Assembly (NCBI GenBank): GCA_904063045.1
Contig: CAJFCJ010000012.1
Span: 2,289,180 to 2,353,179, forward strand
Length of the DNA: 64,000 nucleotides
Direction: 5' to 3'
Origin: Dimorphilus gyrociliatus
Lineage: Eukaryota; Animalia; Annelida
Every line of letters begins with the position of its first letter. Position 1 is the first letter of the stretch. Below the pieces are notes generated by a model. It was not told the origin of the DNA and made no database searches. It worked only from the letters and a program-made list of their open reading frames with translations. Of the stretch, positions 41,410 through 59,654 are shown piece by piece. The position numbers were made by a program, and so were the translations under genes.

Positions 41410-41696
41410 TTGCTTAATGTTGCCCGTGAACTGATAACTAAGAAAGATTCCCATTTAAAAAATTGTTAAATATAATCCAATATATACTAATATATATAAA
41501 TATATATATACAGTATCTAAATAAAATATGTATATATACTAATATTATATTATAGACAAGACGTGTTTTGAAATGGAAAGAGATCTATCTCTCATCTTAT
41601 AATTAATTTTTTATAGTATTTTACCTAATTTTACCATCTTCTTTCTAGATAAGCTAACAAACAACTACAGCTATAAAATATTAATATATTAGCTTT

Positions 41697-42632
41697 TTAG
41701 GTATTTGTGCTATCATGGTCTCCACTACTTTTACCACAACCAAACAATCTTTGTAATTCTCTTCGAAAATGTTTCATCCGAATGATATAGATGCTTATAT
41801 TTAGTGTAGAATTCGAAAATTGTAACCATATGTGACTATTCTCCAACCATTTTGGAGCATGTTTGTTTAAGGAAAATTCCAATAGTAATAGTATAATTGT
41901 TGGAGACCATGTCAAGTACATTCCCATCACAAGTAATGATGTTGTTATTAAACCTTTACGGATTGTAGCGATTACGCTGACGTCTTCCTTGACTAGGTCG
42001 GATATTTTCTTAGACTGCCTCCAGGCAACCACCAAGTTTACGACGTTCATCAAACCAATTGTTATAATCGCGAATAGCAGAATTACTGCGAATAATACGA
42101 AAAGTTGAGGTATCTTTAAGAAATCAGGCATACAATGACCATTGTCAGGTACGTACTCTCCACCTACTACCATAATTCCACCAAAAATAGCTGTTAAACT
42201 TATAATCCATATTGAAAAACACACCATAATAACTACTTTCACCGAAAAGTATGTCTGATACTTAAATGGAAAAACAATTGCTAAAGTCTTATCGATATTC
42301 ATCCCCAATATACTATAAACGCTTACAGTCATTAGGGATACGGTTAGACTCCCAACGATATCGCACGCAGTTTGAGACAAAGGCCATGCTAAATTGAATT
42401 CACTTGCCAAATTTATAGGCATAAGAATAACTGCCTGTACAAAGTCGGAAAGGCAAACGGAGAAAATAAATATACCATTTTGATTTTGAAGTGATTTCCT
42501 TTTCATTATTGTAAATAAAACAAAAGCACATCCTAAAATTCCAAAAATAGTTACAAAAATCTTTAACATATAAATGTACCATTCTTCCTTCACTGCCTTC
42601 TCTTCTCCATGGTCCTCTTCAGAAGAATTCAT
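41697..42632 (-). CDS. Intronless class-A (rhodopsin-like) GPCR, atypical motifs
   Basis: 311-aa ORF with seven hydrophobic segments, TM2 SD, WPL..C in ECL1, ECL2 Cys, W.P in TM6, NS..N..IY in TM7. Confidence 0.88.
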   Translation of the reverse strand: MNSSEEDHGEEKAVKEEWYIYMLKIFVTIFGILGCAFVLFTIMKRKSLQNQNGIFIFSVCLSDFVQAVILMPINLASEFNLAWPLSQTACDIVGSLTVSLMTVSVYSILGMNIDKTLAIVFPFKYQTYFSVKVVIMVCFSIWIISLTAIFGGIMVVGGEYVPDNGHCMPDFLKIPQLFVLFAVILLFAIITIGLMNVVNLVVAWRQSKKISDLVKEDVSVIATIRKGLITTSLLVMGMYLTWSPTIILLLLEFSLNKHAPKWLENSHIWLQFSNSTLNISIYIIRMKHFRRELQRLFGCGKSSGDHDSTNT

Positions 42633-43081
42633 GACTAAAACTGAATTTGTCTCACATGAAGCTCATGATAAAAATATATCTTCAGAATAGAAATTCTTTG
42701 TTACGCCTTCGCCCATGGTCAAGCACTTTGAATCAAAGCATACTAAAAACAATCCTCAATGATTGAAATTAGTGATCTTGATTAAGAAAGCGAAGGAAAC
42801 GATCTTTTTTACGTTTTGTTAAAATACTTCTTACAGTAAAAAGTTAAGATGTAAAATTAAATGAAAAATAAAAAATTAAAATTTCCTTTAACATATTTAT
42901 GTATAATATGAATACAAACATGCCGCTACACAATACATAAAAGAACAGAAACAACCAAAATGCGTAGAAAACGGAAAACACCACTTATTACTATATTGGA
43001 AAAACGATTTTTTACACAACACACAGAAATATAACCCTCGAACTGGCCATTCATTGTTTCTGTAAAAAAAAAGACGAATGT

Positions 43082-49373
<6,292 letters not shown>

Positions 49374-50040
49374 TTAAAACATAAATAACATTGCGATATA
49401 TAGTGGCAATATAAGATATTTGTTATTACATAACATTATGTAACTGATAGAATAGCCTGTCTATTCAATACCTGTAATCGAAACATTTACTATATTTTGA
49501 TAAATCAATGATTTGAGAGTATAGTTTAAGTGAAGAATACTTATGAATCACAATTGCCCTTCAGGGTATAAGAACACTATCAGTATTTTTAATGATTATT
49601 CAATCTAACAGCAAACAAAGAGATTAAATAAATAAATATAATATATATGAAATATTATGATTCAGGTTTCCCAAATATAAATTTAAAGCTAGTAACATAA
49701 ATTTTTGCATTGCAACAAAAGAATGTTGGTGCTAGGTAAAATAAGACGTCAAATTTTTCTCAAAAACAGCATAGCTAAGAAATCAAGAGTATCTATGAAA
49801 TAATAACAATAATATTCACTTCCACAAGTTATAATTTGTAAAAATCATCTAATTTCTGCAAGACGTGACATGAAAACAAAAGGCCGTTGACTAATGATTA
49901 ACTCAGAAGAATTATACGCTTAGCAAATGAAACTTCCAACTTACTGCGGTCCGTTCGTCTGGGTAGAAAAATCCTTAACTATGATAAAACCTAAATGAAT
50001 ATTTGGCTGAGATTTTACAGGATTTTTTCGAGGGCTTTCT

Positions 50041-50495
50041 TTTCGCTTTCTCTTGTCGGCAAAATGGCGACTATGATAATAAGGTCACGTGAGCACCGGA
50101 AATTCCGGGAGAATAAACTGTTCACAAATTTTTTACACAGCTACTTTTGACTATACCATTAAAAGTTAATTTATGTCTTCAAATATTATTTGACATTTAG
50201 TCATATTTTGAAAAGCGTTTTTCAATGGTATTTATTAAAACTCTTTTTCGTATATTTAATCTTTATATCTGTCAATTTTTGTGAATTCCTTAAAGATGTT
50301 TACATATAATCAAAGTTTTGAAAACTTAAGATTGTACATGAATTATTATTAATCTACAAGTGACTTTTTTGAATTCTTCTGGTTTTATGTGCATAGCAAA
50401 ATTACAAATACAATTTAAAATTTGGCGTTTCCCGAAAACTGGTAAATTTTAAAACCGGAAACGGATGGAAAAAATATGTTTCGGTCCTTTCACGT
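50041..50495. promoter_or_regulatory. Bidirectional PRRC2/RPL13 promoter with YY1-, E-box-, ETS- and TCT-like motifs
   Basis: AAAATGGCG 50061, TCACGTGA 50085, CCGGAAATTCCGG 50096, ACCGGAAA 50454, TCCTTTC 50485, lying between divergent genes. Confidence 0.6.
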
Positions 50496-50860
50496 CGATT
50501 TTGTTGTGTGTCGGACCGCAGGATAATATCGACAAAAATCATCTAAACTGGTTGGTTATTATTACAATTAAAATGTATTTTCTTAAAGATTTATTTAAAA
50601 CCTTGTATTCTGTGAAATTTTAGATTTAAAATTTTAAGCGGTACCACTTATATTTGATATTAATATATACTCATGCCCAAAAGCCGCAACCTTTCCGTAT
50701 TAGATTCTAACTCCTTTAAAATACCCAACAAATCTTTAAAGTAACACCTATTCTTCCACTAATTTAATCAAATTTAATTATTAAAGTAGTCTAATAATTA
50801 TTTTATGATGATAATGAAGATGATGAAGTATTAATATCTTGAAATTTTTCAGTCGCAGAA

Positions 50861-51764
50861 ATGGCGCTTAAGCGTAATAACATGATCCCCAATGCCCATT
50901 TCCATAAACATTGGCAAAGATGGGTAAAAACCTGGTTCAACCAACCTGCCAGAAAAGAACGTCGTCAAAAGAAGCGTTTGCAAAAAGCGACAAGAGTAGC
51001 TCCTCGTCCTGTTGCTGGAGCACTTAAACCCATGGTTAAGTGTCCCACGTTCAGGTAAATTTTGCTGAAAATATGTGTTTTTACCTTGATAAACACTGAT
51101 CTTTAAATAAATAGGTACAACATGAAAGCTCGATTGGGACGTGGCTTTACTTTGGAAGAACTAAAACAAGCCGGTATCAACAAGAAACAAGCTAGAACTA
51201 TCGGTATTTCCGTTGATTACAGACGTAGAAACAAATCTGTTGAAGCCCTTCAACAAAACGTTCAGCGTTTGAAGGAGTACAGAAGCAAACTTATCTTGTT
51301 CCCCAAGAAGTTGAAGAACCCAAGAAAGGGAGACGCTTCGGTGAGTTTCATCTTAATCTTCACCTGCGTTCACAACTCTTTGGAGAATAGTTCTTCAAAA
51401 ATCCTGAGTTGCTTCATCTTGATATTTAAGTGATGAAAAATGAGATCCAACGCGGAAACACTTTGTGTCGAATCTTTTTTTAACTGATCTTTGTCTACAC
51501 TAGAATCGTTATTTAATTTACCGATTCCCAATTTGAAAACCTTATATTTTTTTACAGGAAGCCGAAATGAAGTTAGCTAAGCAACAAAGGGGAACTTTGA
51601 TGCCACTTAGCTCAAAGGTCAAGGGTGAAAAAGCTAAGAAAATCGCCAGCATCTCAGCAGATGAGAAGAAATATTCAGCTTTCAGAGCTCTACGTGTAGC
51701 TCGGGCTAACGCTCGTCTTGTCGGTGTACGTGCAAAGAAGGCTAAAGAAGCAGAAAACAGATAA
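50861..51764 (+). CDS. RPL13: 60S ribosomal protein L13 (eL13)
   Basis: [39 protein letters not shown]. Exons 50861-51054, 51115-51340, 51558-51764. Confidence 0.98.
51430..51487 (+). ncRNA. Intronic box C/D snoRNA in RPL13 intron, predicted to guide 28S G4464-equivalent (old human numbering)
   Basis: C GTGATGA, D' CGGA, C' TGTCGA, D CTGA 70 nt from the 3' splice site. Guide GATCCAACG pairs (9 bp, one G:U) with 28S CGUUGGAUU. Confidence 0.72.
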
Positions 51765-51883
51765 ATGACTACAGTAATAAATACAGTTTTTGAATGAGTG
51801 AAGTCATTGAATCGAATTGGTTTTTTTCTCGTGCAGCTCGTGTATTAAGACAAGTTTATATAACCTATAACACTATTCGAACT

Positions 51884-52619
51884 CTATTTTACGTAGGGTG
51901 TTACGAGACTCAAATTCGGAGTCTCCTTCCAGTGAGGAGGCCATGACTTCTGAATTGATGGTCTTTCCTTCATTTTCTTCATGTAATTAGCAATGTTTGA
52001 GAATTTGTCTTCAAATTTGAATCCAACTCTCTCCAGAAAAGCTACTTGAGGATAAAAGATTATATCAGCCACACTAAATTCTGGCAGTGCAACATGCTCA
52101 GTTTTTCCCAAAAATCCGTTCCATTTTTCCAGCTCGTTCAAGAGGTCCGACATCTTTACTTTTTCAGGATCAATTTCATCTTTCTTCGTTCTATGATAAA
52201 ATTCAGCCATATATTAGAATATATATATCTATATGGCATATTAACATTTACCTGAAGAGATAATAGACTGAAGTTTCAGTTGCTCGTATTAGATTAGCAA
52301 TCTCATACTTCCTCTGTAAAACTGCTGCCTGTTTTGTCGGATCATCAGGTAGAAGACAACACCCAGTGCTCTTGTGTTGAGCAACCAGAAAGTCAACAAT
52401 TCCCAAAGATTCATTCAGGACGATATCTCCATATTTGAAAGTCGGAAACTGACCCCTGGGATTCAAGGCAAGAACTTCTTCAGTTTTGTGATCCTTCTTG
52501 TCAAAAGATCCTAAACGAGAGGTATACTCTAGATTTTTTTCTTCCAGAGTAATCATTACCCTCCAGCAAGGAGGACTACCACTCCCCCAAAATAAGACAA
52601 TATCTCTTTGACCTGACAT
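51884..52619 (-). CDS. Glutathione S-transferase (resembles rho/'GST A' class)
   Basis: LFWGSGSPPCWRVMI.LEEK, LNPRGQ.P, LNES, S.AD...YP. Exons 52619-52252 and 52190-51884 are joined by a 61-nt intron. Confidence 0.92.
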
Positions 52620-52796
52620 ATTTCAATGCTAACTCGTAAATAATTCAGTTGAATTACCTGGCTTCAAATGTGCTAAATCACAGTTATATATATCTATTTT
52701 TTCTACCGGTTTTTTCTTGTATGTTTTTCATATTCGAATTATCACATGTTTCAAAGAAAATCTGTTTTGTAATTTTTTAAAGTTTTATGTTCAATC

Positions 52797-55223
52797 ATGG
52801 CTCTTCGACATGTCTTAAAAAGAACAACCATCTGGTCAAGAATAATTGTTGGTCGAAATTTTTGCAATAGTAATGTAAAATTAACATCCAAAACTAAAAA
52901 TGACTTGGAATCGTTCAAGAACAAACTGAGCGAAGGACCTTCATTCTCCGATTTTGTTCAAGGAAATGCGTCATCAATTAATACTACTGCGTCAATTGAT
53001 AAAGAAAAACACGGGAAATCTGGTATTTGAAGGGAAAATTCATTTTTGTATTAATTTATAAAGTATTTAATATAACAGTATACTTTGAAACCTACGGTTG
53101 TCAAATGAATGTAAACGATACCGAAGTGGCTTGGTCAATATTAAATAAAAATGGTTATTCAAAGTCTATAGATATAGCAAGTGTAAGATAATTATAATTT
53201 GTCTATTATCTAATAATTATTAACTCTTTGTTTTAATGATTTATACCTTAAAAAAGGCTAATGTCGTATTGTTGATGACTTGTTCTATAAGAGAAGGAGC
53301 CGAAACAAAAATATGGAAAAGATTAAATTATCTTAAGTCTATTAAAAAATTGAAAAGAAGGAAGAAGGAAAACTTTCAAATATGTATTTTAGGTATCTAC
53401 AAGTCTTTATAGCTAATAATTATTCGGTTTTCAATGTCTATTCTGAATAATAACTATAGGATGTATGGCTGAAAGATTAAAGAAAGATCTTCTTGATCAT
53501 GTTGATGTAATTTGTGGTCCTGATGCCTATAAGGATTTACCAAATCTTTTACACAAATCTTCTATGTTAGGAGCTTCAGCTAGTAAGTTATTCTTTTATT
53601 CTTAAAATAGCTAGGAACTATTGAAATATTTTTGAAATTGTTACTTTATTTTAGTGAACGTAGCCTTATCTCTTGAAGAAACTTACGCTGATGTAACGCC
53701 TCTTAGATTGAATGAATCATCAGTTTCAGCTTTTGCGTACGTTTATTATTAGAATTATTTTATGATTCGTTGAACTGTTTGTAAATTTCAAAAGTACCAT
53801 AATGAGAGGATGCGACAACATGTGCTCGTATTGCATCGTTCCATTTACGAGAGGAAGAGAGCGCAGCAGGCCAATGGATTCAATCATCAATGAAATTGAA
53901 CAAATAGCTGATCAAGTAATATGATTGTTTTATTTAATCGTTTGAATATACAGTATACGCATTAAAAATAGCTTTAAATAACCAATATTCTATTCTACAA
54001 CAGGGCGTGAAAGAAGTTACTTTACTTGGTCAAAATGTTAATAGTTATCGTGATACTTCGTCAGGAGGTGGTTCCTATGTTACTAAAACTAGTTCTGGTT
54101 TTAGAACAATATACAAACCGAAGAAGGGTGGAAAAAGATTTGCCGAATTGATAAGTACAATAGCAGATAGGGTTCCAGATATGAGAATTCGTTTTACATC
54201 ACCTCACCCTAAAGACTTTCCGGATGAGGTGATTTTTCGATTTAACCAGTAATAACATAATGGTATATCTGAACCATATTTTCTCCCTATAGTTAATTTA
54301 CGCTATCAAAGAATATCCGAATATATGTAAACAAATTCATCTACCTGCTCAAAGTGGAAGCTCTAAAGTATTAGACGATATGAGAAGAGGATATACCAGA
54401 GAGGCATACCTTGAACTTGTCGATCATATACGAAGTATTGTACCAGGTATTAAAACTTGTAAAGATATAAAGCTTTTTCGCTTTAAATATTGAATGTAGG
54501 CAGCATTAAAGAAAGAATTTCACTTTTTTTTACAGATATAGCACTTAGTAGCGATTTTATTGCCGGTTTTTGCGGTGAAACTGAGGAAGATCACTTAGAA
54601 ACTTTATCTCTAATGAAATTAGTGAAATACAATTACTCTTTCTGTTTTCCTTACTCGCTTAGAGGTAAAACTAGAGCATATCATCGTTTAAATGACGACG
54701 TTCCGCAAGAAGTAAGTCTTTTATTAATATTTAGCCTACTTTTATTATTAAAATAATAAAATATCTTGTTATCTATTAACCAATTAATATATTGATGATA
54801 TTATAGGTTAAATCTAGAAGACATATGGAATTAATTGATCAATTTCGAAAGGACGCTCTAGAAATTAACCAAGGATTCATCAATGAAGAACAGTTAGTTC
54901 TAATTGAATGTGATAGTAAGAGAAGTGAATTAGATTGGGCAGGCCGAAATGATCAAAACGTAAAAGTTATTCTTCCTAAACAAGAAGTATACGATAGTGA
55001 AAAGGGAATTCAGAGAAACATCGAAATTGGTGACTTTGTGGCGGTAAAGGTAGATTTGTATTATATAAAATCGCAAGTTGTATGTATCTATGTTTGTTCT
55101 TTATCATAATAGATAAATTCGGCAACATCTCAAACTCTTAAAGGCGATCCAATTAGAATTTCTAGTATTAGAGAATGGAATAATTTGAAAGATGCTGAGA
55201 GAATAAACAACTATTCAAGTTGA
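52797..55223 (+). CDS. CDK5RAP1: Mitochondrial tRNA methylthiotransferase (MiaB family, radical SAM)
   Basis: [44 protein letters not shown] (CxxxCxxC), [30 protein letters not shown], and a C-terminal TRAM-like region. Confidence 0.96.
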
Positions 55224-55522
55224 AATTGAATACTTTTGTATATATTTATATATATATATATATGCATATGCTACTTACTATATACTTATAATATCGATTC
55301 TCAGCACAAAATATAATTTGTTTATTAACAAAAGAATGAGTAGGTTTTCACAATTTTCTATTCTATTCCATTTCGTAACCAGATTATTATTAAAAGTCCT
55401 TCACCTTACGAAACTATTTCCTTAATTTCGTAATTGACAAACTTATGCAATATCAATTTCTTTATGATGACATGTGCAAATTGTTGTTTTAGTCGTCTCA
55501 AAACAATTTTATCAGTAATCTA

Positions 55523-57918
55523 ATGAAGGGGGAACCGAAAGTAAAACGAACCAAGCACGATCCAGTTTTTATCGTTAAGAATTCTCTCCAGATAAAAGGA
55601 CTTGACGCCGATGATTCGCTAATAGCAAATCTTCTTACAGAATACGGTGATATTAGAACAGTAATGAATATATTGACAGGAGCAGATTCCCAAGAAATCT
55701 TTGACGTTAACGTAGAAGACACGAATGGTGAGGATAGCGATGATGATATCTCATCAAGTTTACTTTACGAGGAAGTTTTACAAATACAAAAAATAATGCC
55801 GAAAGAGCCAAAAAAGAAGATTTACAAAGTTTTAGAAAGATTCTTCGACAATAGGGATAGAGTACAAGCAACAATTGATCATCTTGTGGAACATCAGTCA
55901 ACAGAAAAGGAAGGAAGAGCTGACAATTCCGAAGATTTGGCAAGATTGATATCGATGTTCCCCGAAGTACACGAACAAACGATAAAAAATACATTATTAA
56001 AATATCAACATTTAGAAGATTATCAAGAACAATGTACAATTGAATTATCTAGCATAGGTAAATACTTTATATAGAAGTTACTTAATCAACGAACTCCCCA
56101 CTCCTCTCTCTCTCTCTCTCTCTGTCTATCCCTCATAATTCCTTAAGCAATAATTATAATAAATCATACTAATGAATTGCTTTCTCCAGGAGATTTATCC
56201 AAGATGAAGCAGGAAGAAGACAGAATTGCAATCGACGCTCCTAGTACGTCTAAGGAGGAAGAGAATGTTGTAGATTATAGAAATGAAGCGCTTATAAAAT
56301 TTCAGGAAGACGTTGAAAGGCTTCGAAGAATTTTTGTCGATTGCGATCCTAATTATATATTCGAAGAATTAGAAAATATGGCGGATAATCCAAATAGAGT
56401 TGAAATATTATCAAATCGTATGTTCGAAGAAAAGAAGTATCCGAAATTGGTTGATAGATTAAAGAGGGAAAAGGTAGAAAGTCGTCATAATAGTTTATTG
56501 AATAAAAATTTAGATGATATGGAGAATTTTCTAAGAACCTTTCCAGATCCAAAATCTACATTTAGGGACGAAAAAGCTACGTTAAGTTTTAATTACAAAG
56601 CCCACGTAGAAAGTGTCATTCCAAATTATTTTTGTTGGATAAATATACAAACTGTGAATGATGTAATCTCTAAAAATGGTCACAGTCTCGTCGATATTTA
56701 TCAAGAATTGGAGAAAATTGATATAAAGTATAGCAGAGTAGCGAACGTGAATAAGTTCATTGTATCTAATGGTTTATTCAATAAAGAAGCAAGAAGTAAA
56801 CTAAAATTACCTCAGGAAGTCGACGAGTTCTTTTACAATGAGCTTTTATACGCGAAGAACGAAGAGAAAATACTACGGTTTGTCCTTCCTACTTGTTATT
56901 CTTCTTTAATATATAGATTTCCCTTTATTTCTCTCTTTTTCAATAGTTATATAAATATGAAAAATGAGGAAAAGGAAGCTAGGAGAAATGCAGGAAAAAT
57001 TGCAGGAAATTTAAATACTTGCCTTTGCTGTTATGATGATACAGTTCTGGAAGAGTATACTTATGCTTGTAATAACAATTGCAAATTTTGTGATGATTGC
57101 GTTAGAAGAGCGGGAGAACATGTTCTTAGTGCAGCAGAGTGGAAAATAGATTGCATGGCCGGTTGCGGTAGCGAGATTTCTTTGAATTCCGTTCAAACCG
57201 TATTAAGACCGTCAACAGTGAATGCACTTTTTGTACGAATGCAACAAGAAGAGATTAAGGCTGCTGGTTTGTCCGATTTGGTTCAATGCCCTTTTTGTGA
57301 TTTCGCTATTATTTTGCCGGATGATGGAAACAAAATTTTAAACTGCCTTAATCCAGAATGTTTGAAGAGCTCTTGTAGAAAATGTAGAGAATTGGAGCAC
57401 ACTCCTTTATCCTGCGAAGAAATTGAAAAGGCGGACGAAACTAGAATTAGGGCTATGATAGAACTGAAAATGACTGAAGCTATGATAAGAACGTGTCCGA
57501 GTTGTAAGAAGAGATTTTTTAAAGATTCCGGATGCAATAAGATGACATGCGTCTGCGGTCAATCCATGTGTTACATATGTAAAGAAGCTATAACTGGATA
57601 TGATCATTTCACAACAAGTGGCGATTGTTCTAAAATAACGGATCCGAATATAATTCACGAAAAGGAAATGGAGGAAGCACTTAAGAAAGCTAAGGAAGAG
57701 TTTGAAGAAGAAAATCCGGGAAAAGATGTAAATTTTCAGCTATTAAATACTACTTATATTGTATCAGTATAATTTATTTTTTTCTACAGCTGACATTTAA
57801 ACACAATCCAGAACATTTGTTAAATAATATGAAAGATCATCAACCCCAATTTCATCCATTCGACAATGTGAATATTGTTGAAGATGACGATGATAGCGAA
57901 GACGGCGACCTACTATAG
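55523..57918 (+). CDS. RNF216: RBR-family E3 ubiquitin ligase, RNF216/TRIAD3-like
   Basis: RING1-IBR-Rcat region (C.CC..C..FC..C; CPFC..C.NPEC....C..C...H.P; CP.C...F.KD.GCNKM.C.CG..MCY.C) with CUE-like N-terminal repeats. Three exons. Confidence 0.85.
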
Positions 57919-58346
57919 AATATATTGATATATTTTTAAATGAAAAAATACGGCTATAATAGTTGTTATTTATTTATCATATATATTGTAGAATGTTTTC
58001 CCCCTTACTTTATTTGTTATCTTTTCTTTCTCCCGTCTCCTCATACATCGTTCAACGTTTATACGCAATACATAATTGAAGAATATCAAGTTAAGGTTGC
58101 TATCGAGTAAATTATTAATAGTATTAATTACTTAGACCTTCTTAAATGAGATAGTATTGATGAAAGATTAAGTGTAAATCTTTTATTAACAAGGAAAATT
58201 CATTATTGCTTTTCAAGGTAAAATTGATTATTTTAATCTTCATTTGGACTAAACACTAGATAATAAGTAATTCTGCTTTTACGTAATCTGTCATTGTTCT
58301 CATTTTCTAACCCGCTCTCACCCTCCCCCCTTCCCCTCTCTTTCTC

Positions 58347-59117
58347 TCAAATATTCTTCTGGCAAATAAACTTTTTCCCCTGTCCACAATTTCTTACATA
58401 TAACACAGGAATAACAAATGGTTTAGTGGCTGCTACACAATTGTCATTAGCATTATTTGGTTTTGTATTCAAGTTGCCAGCTATTTGAGAATTCATTGTC
58501 GATCCCAATTTCCACCATTTAAAGGTATTTTCGTTTGAAATATCATCAATGAAAATCCATGTTTCAACGTTCTTCTCTAAAATTTTTCCCAGAAGAATTC
58601 CTAATGAAACAAGTCCATCATTCGCAAAGAAAGGCTCGTAATTATACAAATAACATTGGTCTAAAGCTGCTTGAAAATCTAAAATTTCGTTGACAAGAAT
58701 ATACTTAACATTGTCCTGTGTATGCTCTTTTGAAATATCTGCAATAGTAATAGTTGTTGCCGCTTGCGTTGTTGGGATAATGGTAGTCTGTACCATTTTG
58801 TTAGTGGTAGTTTGAAATTCGTTCATATTACCATTTCCAGTGTTAGTGAGTTGTATAAGACGATATTTAGTAGCGGAAAGTGTACCGCTAAAAACAGAAG
58901 TATTTGAATAAAGACACGAGAATGTTTCAAAGATAATGAATATTCTTTCAGACGTACAATCCATTGTTGAAATATCTTTAATACAATCCAATCGACTTCT
59001 GGAATAACCGAGGAAATGAAATTTTGAAAAATCAAGTTGTTCATTTGAAATTCTTCCATAAAATATTTGAGATTCATCTGACAAATGAATTATAATTAAG
59101 AATGTTAAAAGAATCAT
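58347..59117 (-). CDS. Secreted 2-Cys N-domain + Thr-rich linker + C-type lectin-like domain, copy 1
   Basis: Signal peptide. CTLD with C, WIFIDD...E.TF.W, PNN, C, C..KFIC. Confidence 0.85.
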   Translation of the reverse strand: MILLTFLIIIHLSDESQIFYGRISNEQLDFSKFHFLGYSRSRLDCIKDISTMDCTSERIFIIFETFSCLYSNTSVFSGTLSATKYRLIQLTNTGNGNMNEFQTTTNKMVQTTIIPTTQAATTITIADISKEHTQDNVKYILVNEILDFQAALDQCYLYNYEPFFANDGLVSLGILLGKILEKNVETWIFIDDISNENTFKWWKLGSTMNSQIAGNLNTKPNNANDNCVAATKPFVIPVLYVRNCGQGKKFICQKNI

Positions 59118-59654
59118 AATACTAATAGATTATTATTGAAAAGTTTTCTTCAAAAAACTTTCCTTCGTCCTTTCTTTGCTGATAATATCGAAAAGACTGA
59201 AGAGTTTATTAACCCGGTATAACTATATGTACATACTGTATAAAGTATCAATAAGTATATACATGTTCATAACTACATATGCAATAAAAAATATTTATAT
59301 ATATATATATATATACTGTATATATATAATATCTAGTTAAAAGTTCCTTTGTTTACTTAATCGAAGTTGCTTTCAGATTGGCAAGGTTAAACTACTACAG
59401 TATTAATGTGGTGTTCACTTAAATATAACATTGTGATACATTTAAAGTCACTTTTTTAAAGATTAATCGTTACTTAGAATTCTTGAATTCCTTCTATAAT
59501 ATCATCTCTTTTACTTTATAGTCATGTAATTCCATACAAGAGAGAGAGAGAGACAAAGGTTGAATTAAGCGACTGATACGAATAGTACACTGGCAGTGAT
59601 TTTTGCAATTAGGCGTTTATTAATAGAATTGAAATTCTGTTTTATGAATATTAA

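Noticed and set aside
50640-50760. Possible H/ACA snoRNA in RPL13 5' intron (ends ..ACAcct)
   Set aside because: I could not build two convincing hairpins or pseudouridylation pockets by eye.
52230-52251. Apparent 23-nt GST intron
   Set aside because: Too short and out of frame; the 61-nt intron to 52191 restores the frame.
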